Part shown: in pieces, positions 42,953 to 50,070 of the stretch
Numbering within the stretch: position 1 is the stretch's first letter
How the letters are laid out: every line of letters starts with the position of its first letter
IMG/VR virus record: IMGVR_UViG_3300037882_002640
Coordinates: 30,811-94,810 of that record
Strand: one strand, 5' to 3'
From: a virus
DNA length: 64,000 nt
The notes under the pieces: model-generated
What the model saw: only the letters and a program-made list of their open reading frames with translations
The model's database searches: none
Told to the model about the DNA's origin: nothing
Made by a program: the position numbers and the translations under genes

Positions 42953-43036
42953 TACCACTGTTGGGACTCGAACCCAAACTCCGATTAAGGAAGGAGACAA
43001 AAAATCTCCCGCGTCCACCAATTGCGCCACAGTGAC
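42953..43036 (-). tRNA. Type II (Leu-like body) tRNA with anticodon loop TTTTTTG, nominally UUU; atypical or pseudo
   Basis: GTCACTG TG GCGCAATTGGTGGACGC G GGAGA TTTTTTG TCTCC, long variable arm, TTGGG TTCGAGT CCCAA CAGTGGT A. Confidence 0.65.
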
Positions 43037-43419
43037 CATTTGAAAGTGCGAGGGGGCATATTACTACGCCACCCTCACGTCAACACATTCTGTCTGGTTC
43101 AATCACTATTATCTTTAGGTGAATGCCCACCCCCACTATAGAGCAGAGATGGGCTCCAAACATTCACCAATTCAAAGCTGGGGGAGGTGTGTCTCCCTGG
43201 GAGATTTGGAAAAATCAACCCTCAACCCACCCACATGGGCCAGCAAATTCTTTAGTAGGAATAAAATTCCCCACACTGTATTACTACAGGCAGGGAGTCA
43301 CAAAGGGTATTTATTCACTTAGAGGATTGCAGGGTAACGAACCCTAATAAACACAAATGCCACACCCACCCTCTTTTGGGCAGATGCAGCAGGTTTCCAA
43401 TCCGTAATATCTTATGATG

Positions 43420-43493
43420 TGCGCCATCAGGGATTTGAACCCCGGACCTACTGATTATGAGTCAGTTGCTCTAACCTGCTGAGCTAATGGCGC
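43420..43493 (-). tRNA. tRNA with CAT anticodon (Met or Ile2)
   Basis: Canonical cloverleaf GCGCCAT/ATGGCGC, ACTGA CTCATAA TCAGT, TTCAAAT T-loop. Confidence 0.92.
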
Positions 43494-43577
43494 GAGAATG
43501 CCCTACAATCAATTATTATTTAATTCTGATATACTGATACCAAAAATAAAAGATAATTGATTGTGGGTAGGTTTAAA

Positions 43578-43868
43578 TTAGTTTGAAGCCCGTTGTGGAG
43601 CGTAGGCAGGGCTTACAAATGACGCAATACGTGTCAGGTGCACATACTTGGCATCACCAAAGGCCACTAATTTATTATTGTGATAGTAGTGGCGATTGTG
43701 TACCCTGCACGTTAGTGTTACAGGATTTTGGCCCTGTAGTTGGACTGTGAGGTTATTCCCTTTTACACTGAACGTGTAAGGGATTATTTCCTGCGCATGC
43801 GATTTCCCGCTCTGCCCCCACATGATGAATGGGAGAATAGTGAGGATAATGATGATGAGTTTTTTCAT
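43578..43868 (-). CDS. Exported hypothetical protein
   Basis: Signal-peptide-like N-terminus. Confidence 0.6.
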   Translation of the reverse strand: MKKLIIIILTILPFIMWGQSGKSHAQEIIPYTFSVKGNNLTVQLQGQNPVTLTCRVHNRHYYHNNKLVAFGDAKYVHLTRIASFVSPAYAPQRASN

Positions 43869-43913
43869 TATGCTGCTTATTTTAGTGTATAGATTATAAT
43901 GGACAATACTATG

Positions 43914-44210
43914 CTAGCCTCGATTTTCCCAAGCCGCGTTAACAGCTTTGAGTTTTGCATCTTTCTGGTTCTTACCATCCCCATAGAAATTTCCATGTGA
44001 TGTAGACAGGTTTACTTTAATAGTAAGTTTTCCAGTTTTATCAGTAGTTTGACGCACATTAAAGCTGGCGGAGCGGCCATAAGCTTGTTGGTGCCATAAC
44101 ATGTACTGTGATACTGTTATGGCAGGAGCCATAAGATGGCTAATCTTATTGAATGTGCTCGCTTTCTCTTCTGCAGAGAGTTTAACGAATAATACAATGA
44201 TTTCTTCCAT
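43914..44210 (-). CDS. Stand-alone dsRNA-binding-domain-like protein
   Basis: C-terminal TIKVNL...FYGDGKNQKDAKLKAVNAAW resembles the dsRBD G.G.SKK.A...AA signature. Confidence 0.55.
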   Translation of the reverse strand: MEEIIVLFVKLSAEEKASTFNKISHLMAPAITVSQYMLWHQQAYGRSASFNVRQTTDKTGKLTIKVNLSTSHGNFYGDGKNQKDAKLKAVNAAWENRG

Positions 44211-44271
44211 GATTATGTTAGTTTTTTATTTGCTCTTGTAGCATAGCTGTTAAAAATTAATAAATAGTTAG

Positions 44272-44350
44272 TGCCCCGTGCTGGACTCGAACCAGCTACC
44301 TACTGACTCCAAATTGAAGGCAGTTGCTCTATCCTCTGAGCTAACAGGGC
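44272..44350 (-). tRNA. tRNA-like gene with UCA (opal) anticodon and enlarged 13-nt anticodon loop
   Basis: GCCCTGT TA GCTC AGAGGATA GAGC A ACTGC CTTCAATTTGGAG TCAGT AGGTA GCTGG TTCGAGT CCAGC ACGGGGC A. Confidence 0.7.
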
Positions 44351-44721
44351 GTTTAAAAACCAGGGGACACTTTACAGCATCCCCCAGAAATTATGGGTGT
44401 CAATCATATTGGGAATTTCACCCTTGACCTCATCCACCTCTACGCGGGTGGGACAAGCAGTATACCAACTTACTTGTTTAAAACGCGACCCCAAGAGACT
44501 GAGGGATTTGTGGTTTGCACTGCGGTCTTGCTTTGGGAAAGCACAGTGCTGGGTATAGTGGTTTAGGAGGAGTTATATGCCCCACATGCTTGTCTACATT
44601 ATTAACGTCTCTTGGAGTTACATAATGTACTCTAGAAAACTAGAGAAGGATTCTCACCTTAAAGATGGTTCTACGCTTATACTCTCTTATCTCCTATGAA
44701 CCAAAAACAGTCTCGCGCTTC

Positions 44722-44979
44722 TTAAGGATCAAACTCCACCGCAATCTTATAATGCGGTATTTTTGTCCCAAGAATTTTTATATACTCTTTTACTGCACTA
44801 TCCGCACCAAATGCTGGGTGTGCTGTTTTGAAGAGTACCTCATCCTTAACACGTACCCTCCAGTAGCCTGCGAGGTTACACTCAAGGTGGACTTGCTCCT
44901 GTGAGTAACATGTTTTCCAACTGGCGTACTGCCAATCGAACAAGTCACTGTAAGTGACTTTTACTTTCTCTTGTGTCAT
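44722..44979 (-). CDS. Hypothetical protein
   Basis: 85-aa ATG ORF with an AT-rich leader. Confidence 0.6.
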   Translation of the reverse strand: MTQEKVKVTYSDLFDWQYASWKTCYSQEQVHLECNLAGYWRVRVKDEVLFKTAHPAFGADSAVKEYIKILGTKIPHYKIAVEFDP

Positions 44980-45192
44980 GATTTTTTTAATTTATGTTAG
45001 TATCCATGTCCTTACCAATGAATGCTTTAGAGATTGAATACCCCCTCCCTTTGGGTCGTGGTGTCGGCTGCTGGCTCGTATAGCAGGGCAATCTTTTCGC
45101 CGTACTGGTGCGGGCCTTGACAACTGTATAGGAGCGCGAAGGCGGTAATGATGGTTGCGAGTTTTGTTTTTTGCATGGTGTGTTATTTTTAT

Positions 45193-45438
45193 TTAATTAA
45201 ATACCTTTTTTCGTAGTTTTTTGGCAATTTCACTTGCACGAGCAATTTCATCGCCAAAATCTATAACAGTTTGGTATTTATACTTTGCATCTAACTGCTT
45301 GAATTCTTGAGATTCTTTTTGCCCTTGTTTTGCCAGTAACGCCATTCGCCGCAAGTCGGCAGTTTTTTGCTTCAACAGCGCGTCCTTTCGCTCGATGGCA
45401 AAAGCGATTTCTACTAACTCTTTGAAGTAATCTTTCAT
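45193..45438 (-). CDS. Hypothetical helical protein
   Basis: 81-aa ATG ORF. Confidence 0.6.
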   Translation of the reverse strand: MKDYFKELVEIAFAIERKDALLKQKTADLRRMALLAKQGQKESQEFKQLDAKYKYQTVIDFGDEIARASEIAKKLRKKVFN

Positions 45439-45453
45439 TTCATGTTGTTTTTA

Positions 45454-45486
45454 AAAACCCCCAATCGCGTTAACGATTGGGGGTTT
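45454..45486 (-). terminator. Intrinsic terminator
   Basis: AAACCCCCAATCG / CGATTGGGGGTTT inverted repeat with a T run. Confidence 0.75.
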
Positions 45487-45718
45487 GATTGGTTTGGCTG
45501 TGCTAATTATGCGTTATATTCCTCCCACGCTTCCTGCAACTCGCCTTGGAATTGCTGGAAAGTAGCGTAACATAACGAAGCGGCATGTTGCATCGCGTCA
45601 CTGTCAGACGTGTCGAGGTTCGGGAACAGGTCTGTGTGTTCCAATATGAACTCACCGTACTGACGGCTTTCGTGGTCAATTTGACTGCCGTCATTTATGA
45701 GTTCAAAAAACGCATCCT

Positions 45719-45955
45719 TTACCGCGTTTTGGTCGAATAGTTCGGCGGCAGTGTATAGTCTATCAAATCTACGAAGAGAGTCCCGTAAGACTCTTGTACA
45801 AGTCTTAGCACTTCCGCATCCTCAATGCGGTCTAAATATTTTTCTTCTAAAAGTATAGAAGCCTCTTCTGGCTCCCCTAATGGTTTCTCTTCCTCATCAG
45901 GGGAGATTCTTTGGACTATTACTTTTACTTTTACGACTGCGTTGTGTTCGGTCAT
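45719..45955 (-). CDS. Hypothetical protein
   Basis: 78-aa ATG ORF. Confidence 0.6.
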   Translation of the reverse strand: MTEHNAVVKVKVIVQRISPDEEEKPLGEPEEASILLEEKYLDRIEDAEVLRLVQESYGTLFVDLIDYTLPPNYSTKTR

Positions 45956-45986
45956 GATTTTTTAATTTATTCTTGTTTAATGTTTT

Positions 45987-46030
45987 TACTGTTTCGATCC
46001 TCAATTAGATCATCATCAGGTTGAACAGTA
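45987..46030 (-). ncRNA. Hammerhead-like RNA (type III arrangement) lacking a normal stem I
   Basis: TACTG TT CAAC CTGATGA T GATC TAATTGAG GATC GAAA CAGTA. Confidence 0.55.
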
Positions 46031-46116
46031 GTCCAACGACAGTTAAGCATCTCATTTTGCAACAAGATGCTTAATTTATTATATTATTTGAGTTATTTCC
46101 CACTTTTCTAACTTAG

Positions 46117-46152
46117 TACCCCGTACAGGACTCGAACCTGTGACCATACGTT
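46117..46152 (-). pseudogene. Isolated tRNA 3' half
   Basis: AACGTAT GGTC ACAGG TTCGAGT CCTGT ACGGGGT A; no matching 5' half was seen upstream. Confidence 0.6.
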
Positions 46153-46343
46153 AGTCTTTCTCATTCTTTACGAAAGAACAACTCTCTATTTTCAAGAGTT
46201 GATAAGAAAAAAAATAAATCAGTTGCATAGCCCTTGAATTTAATCACCGGGCCAGTTCCTTTGAGCGAGAGACTCTTTTATTGAGTTGCGCTGCTGGACA
46301 ATTTTGTTAAGGCACTTTATCTCTTGCCCCAACTGATTTAAAT

Positions 46344-46378
46344 AAGCCCACACAGTCATTATGACTGTGTGGGCTTTT
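46344..46378. terminator. Long perfect hairpin, terminator-like
   Basis: AAGCCCACACAGTCAT / ATGACTGTGTGGGCTT. Confidence 0.65.
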
Positions 46379-46744
46379 CACTTACCTTCATTTTTTGATT
46401 GAGTAAACGGGTTGCCTATAGAAAAATTTCTTCAAGTTCTTTAAGAACCTGTTTCAGGGTAGACCGCCAAACTGGCGTGTCGAATTTTTTCTGGAGTAGT
46501 CCTTTGACTTCCTCCAAAATCTGAGACTCTTCGATTTTTAGTTCTTCTAACCCGGCTATTGCTCCTTCCGCGTAAGAAAAAATTATACTGTATCTCTATT
46601 CTGTCATAATATTTTGAGTGAAATTAAGTTAAAAATCCCCGATTCCAGACTACACTGCTTTAAGTTTAATGCGCGGGTTTACGAGCCCTCATAGGCAGTG
46701 CGCGGTAGCCGTGTGTTGGAATCGGGGTTAAATGTGAAACTGGA

Positions 46745-47581
46745 TTAGCAGTCTAAGTTAATGATTGTAGAGTCCTCTGCTTGTGCAGTGGTTTTACGGT
46801 CACCACCACCTCTGCGGGGTTGAGGAGGGTTGATTATCTCGTCTATTACCTTGCGAAACTCCCAAGGGAAGTCGAACTCGGCACATTTCATAGTGCCATT
46901 CACGTTCAAAACTCCATACTTGCAACCCTCGAAAGAAAGGCTGCCGCGTCCAGCCCATTCAGATGGGTTTTGAACTACAGTGAAGAATTCACTTCTTTCG
47001 ATTCTACTTTCTGGTACTGGAACGTAATAGTTCCACCCCTTGAGTCGATAAATCTCTTTGTTTTTTAGGTACACAAACCCACGAGAATGTGCAAGGACGG
47101 ATTCAACAACAGTCTCTCTTTCTGCCCGAATATCAGGTAGAAGAGAGTACAACACTCCACGGCAGAATGCGGGGATTAAGAAAGTCTGGAGGACATAGGA
47201 GTCCTCCACCTCTAAAATAGTGCTCACTCTGGTGTTTAGAACCTCAGCCCCAACGCCTTCCAAATATTCCCCCAAAGTAGTGATGAAACATCCTTGGAAG
47301 GATACCTCCTTCCAATTTAGCGATTCGTTGAAGAAACCTTCTTGTGCGAAGGAAGTTTTGGTGAAATAGATGAATTCACAGCCCCCCTCAAAGAAAGGCA
47401 CTATGAATTGTATGTACTCATTGTCATCTGTTGTGACCAGTCCCGATATCGGCACTTGGCAGGATTCACCTGCCGCGTACTCGGATTTTAACTGATTACC
47501 CAACCGCGTTGGGAGAGTGGCATCGAAGAGTATTTTCATACCCGTGTATCCACCCTGTGTTTTATTGAGTGTAATTTTCAT
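46745..47581 (-). CDS. Hypothetical protein
   Basis: True start is probably MKITLNK at 47581; the ORF-track start lies inside a tRNA-like gene. Confidence 0.7.
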   Translation of the reverse strand: MKITLNKTQGGYTGMKILFDATLPTRLGNQLKSEYAAGESCQVPISGLVTTDDNEYIQFIVPFFEGGCEFIYFTKTSFAQEGFFNESLNWKEVSFQGCFITTLGEYLEGVGAEVLNTRVSTILEVEDSYVLQTFLIPAFCRGVLYSLLPDIRAERETVVESVLAHSRGFVYLKNKEIYRLKGWNYYVPVPESRIERSEFFTVVQNPSEWAGRGSLSFEGCKYGVLNVNGTMKCAEFDFPWEFRKVIDEIINPPQPRRGGGDRKTTAQAEDSTIINLDC

Positions 47582-47613
47582 AATAAAGATGAATAATAAA
47601 GATGAATAAATAG

Positions 47614-47692
47614 TGACCCAAACAGGACTCGAACCTGCATACTCCAATTACTCAGTTAACGACCGCTTAGAAGGCGGTTGAGATATTGGGCC
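47614..47692 (-). tRNA. Non-canonical tRNA-Arg(TCT)-like RNA with no standard D-arm and a long variable region
   Basis: GGCCCAA TATCTCA ACCGC CTTCTAA GCGGT CGTTAACTGAGTAATTGGAGTAT GCAGG TTCGAGT CCTGT TTGGGTC A. Confidence 0.65.
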
Positions 47693-48109
47693 AATTTCCT
47701 GCGTCGTAGGCTGTTGCTATGCAGGGTGAGTATGTGTTTCTACCAATAGATTTCTTCGGCGGCTAATCACCTGTGTATCTATCATACTCTTTGTGCTTTG
47801 GGATGTTATCCCTTTTCGAGAGCACCAGTCTCTATCCCAACCACTTATCGTATGGTCCTAAGACATACTGGGGTTGAGAACATTAAGCAGTTTATCGGGA
47901 TGCTTAGCCTAATTCTTAATCTTGATTGCTCAAACCTTCACATTAAGATTATTTGTGAAGTACTAGTACCTTTCGGGTAATTCATTTGTTAGTAATCATC
48001 TAACAAATATACCATAAACTACTCACCTTATCTCACGACTTAGGCTTCCTTGTGACAATTACATAACAATCCTTATGGCGAGTGTTATAACTAAAGTACT
48101 GTTGTTCCC

Positions 48110-48376
48110 TTAGGTTGTCATTTTGAGAATCTCGATAACATAACTTAATTCTACATCTTTGGTGATGTAGTTTGTTGTGCTAAAGGTTTCCTTCAGTGCG
48201 GACGCTATATTCCCCCTGTTCAGGTTGAAATATATCCACTCATGTTTTGTAGAAACAGGTTTGAACCCAACTTCGAGTATTGCTACTACTTGATGGGTTG
48301 TTGTTTCCTTACATGCTTGAAGGAATCCTAACTCTTGTTTATACGTACCTATGACGTATAGTTCTACAGTCTTCAT
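48110..48376 (-). CDS. Hypothetical protein
   Basis: Likely start MKTVELY in an ATGA overlap with the upstream stop. Confidence 0.55.
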   Translation of the reverse strand: MKTVELYVIGTYKQELGFLQACKETTTHQVVAILEVGFKPVSTKHEWIYFNLNRGNIASALKETFSTTNYITKDVELSYVIEILKMTT

Positions 48377-48567
48377 ATCTGAATCTTGTAGAATAAAGAG
48401 TCGAGGCTCTCTGTGCAGTATTGATCCCACACCAATAGTCCTTCCTGTAGAAGAAAGCACTCTGATTTATAACCTTGAGATTTAGCCCAAGGTGTCGGTA
48501 CCAATACCACAACATCTTTTGTTACGCCCAGTTTGATTCTGGCGTAACGTTGTAATGTTGTTAACAT
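48373..48567 (-). CDS. Small hypothetical protein whose ATG lies in stem I of a hammerhead ribozyme
   Basis: 64-aa ORF, ATGA-coupled to the downstream gene. Confidence 0.6.
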   Translation of the reverse strand: MLTTLQRYARIKLGVTKDVVVLVPTPWAKSQGYKSECFLLQEGLLVWDQYCTESLDSLFYKIQI

Positions 48568-48630
48568 GACTTATAAATAAGTTTCGGCACTTATATTTAT
48601 ACTCCTGTGCCATCATCAGATGTTTGGAGT
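48563..48630 (-). ncRNA. Type I hammerhead ribozyme
   Basis: AACAT CTGATGA T GGCAC loop GTGCC GAAA CTTAT TT ATAAG TC^ATGTT; loop II GGAGT can pair with upstream ACTCC. Confidence 0.85.
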
Positions 48631-48923
48631 TGGTAAGTACAAACTTACCTTTCACCTGTGAATTTTAAATAAACACCCAAGCATTGCAACCCAGAGGTTT
48701 CAGTGCATTATACTATGATTTCTCATAGTCAAGTCTTGCTTGGGTGTTCTATTCGCTGTTACTCAAGATGAGACATACTCGCCAGAATAGTTCACTGGCT
48801 TTTATCAGACCATCCTTGGTGGATTCTGACTTTCTTGTTATTTCACTTACAACCCCGAAAGGTAGAAATATACAAACGCCAGATTTCACCGCAGAAATCT
48901 GGGAAATGGCAGCAAATAGTGTT

Positions 48924-48995
48924 ACCACGATATAATTTCGCCTGTACCTCATCAGGTGGTTTTATCATTTATTTATACTCCCTGAATAGTACAGG
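48924..48995 (-). ncRNA. Minimal type I hammerhead ribozyme
   Basis: ACCAC CTGATGA GGTACAGGC GAAA TTATA TC^GTGGT; GTACAGG has a perfect upstream complement CCTGTAC at 48989-48995. Confidence 0.7.
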
Positions 48996-49060
48996 TTAGG
49001 AGTTAAAGAATTACTGCTATCATAGTTGAGAAAGCAGTAATTCTTTGCATATGGAAGAGT

Positions 49061-49249
49061 TCAGATAAACTCTTCCGTCGACCAGGTGAAGAATACTATC
49101 AACCCTACACATATGTGTAGGAATATGTAGAAACCATGAGTGATAGTTTCTACATAGCTAAGTGGCGTAACTACTGATAGTCCGAAGACTATTAATAGTG
49201 GCAAAAAGACTACCACTAATAGTTTGGCGGTAATTTTAAGAGCTTTCAT
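49061..49249 (-). CDS. Small two-TM membrane protein
   Basis: Two hydrophobic helices. Confidence 0.6.
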   Translation of the reverse strand: MKALKITAKLLVVVFLPLLIVFGLSVVTPLSYVETITHGFYIFLHICVGLIVFFTWSTEEFI

Positions 49250-49337
49250 AAATTACTATAAAGAGATAAAGAGGTGAATAAATTAAAAGGGATGGTAACA
49301 ATGGGGTGGGGAGTGTGTAGTAGGATTGTTTATTGGT

Positions 49338-49865
49338 TTAGGCTGCCTTAACCCATGCGTTATGAGTATAGCGCGGTGAATTTGAAGGTGCGCAAAAGAT
49401 GTTGATATTGGTTTTACCACCGTTTGCCGCTGCATTGATAGCAATCTTAGCGGGTAACGAAAATGTAAACGTTTGGCCATTCATGTTAAAAGTTGTGTTA
49501 ACAACTAATTCCTGAATTGCTTTTCCCGTTTCGTCCGTTTTTACCTGTGCCAACCGTTCTACTCGTCCATTTGGACGGCCTTCGCCGTCCTTACCTTCGT
49601 AAATTACGTTGTTTACACGGTTTTTAATGGTTGATTCACCAGTGGCCAAAACCGTAATTTCAACCGTTTTTTGTGTCTGCTGTGTTGTACACATATCCAA
49701 TGCAGCCAAAGTCTGCATAAATGCAGCATCTTTGGTGGCCGTTGGTAGTGTATTGATTGATGCACCATCGAATTGGGTTGTTAGACCGTTTTCTTGTGCA
49801 AAGATAGCAAGTGTTGACGCGCTGGCTTTGAGGATTTCAGCGGGTGTCAGTGTGGATACTGCCAT
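49338..49865 (-). CDS. Hypothetical protein, first gene of the leftward unit
   Basis: 175-aa ATG ORF next to the divergence point. Confidence 0.75.
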   Translation of the reverse strand: MAVSTLTPAEILKASASTLAIFAQENGLTTQFDGASINTLPTATKDAAFMQTLAALDMCTTQQTQKTVEITVLATGESTIKNRVNNVIYEGKDGEGRPNGRVERLAQVKTDETGKAIQELVVNTTFNMNGQTFTFSLPAKIAINAAANGGKTNINIFCAPSNSPRYTHNAWVKAA

Positions 49866-49947
49866 AATAAAAATTATTTAGTATATTAAAAAATGAAATA
49901 AAATGATACCCCCACCCCATTTGTTACTACAATTACGATGGGGGGTG

Positions 49948-50042
49948 TTTAGTTGGGGACCATACTAACGTTTAGAAATATAAAAAATTTTTAGTTGGGG
50001 ACAATATCAAAAGATAAAAACATAAAAAAATTTTTGAGTTGG
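49948..50042. repeat. Direct repeats at the divergence point
   Basis: TTTAGTTGGGGAC at 49948 and 49990, with a degenerate third copy near 50033; spacing about 42 nt. Confidence 0.7.
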
Positions 50043-50066
50043 TTTCACTTTTTATTCGTATCTTTA
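50033..50066 (+). promoter_or_regulatory. Bacteroidota-type promoter variant (TTTG ... TATCTTTA)
   Basis: One mismatch to TAnnTTTG, a few bases before the ATG at 50071. Confidence 0.55.
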
Positions 50067-50070
50067 CACC

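Noticed and set aside
45870-45905. CTGATGA...GAAA inside gene 45719-45955 as a fourth hammerhead
   Set aside because: No stem II and no proper stem III; explained by the codons for PDEEEKP.
46654-46710. Twister-like pattern on the plus strand
   Set aside because: Only a partial match, the pseudoknot partner is missing, and it is antisense to local transcription.
47582-47647. 5' extension of ORF 46745-47647
   Set aside because: It overlaps the tRNA-like gene and a 13-nt tandem repeat; the ATG at 47581 is the better start.
42850-47700. HDV-like theta ribozymes directly 3' of the tRNAs
   Set aside because: I could not build the nested double pseudoknot by eye after these tRNAs; a descriptor search would be needed to exclude it.
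48744-48952. Short ORFs on both strands
   Set aside because: The minus-strand ATG is part of the hammerhead CUGAUGA core and neither ORF has coding support.
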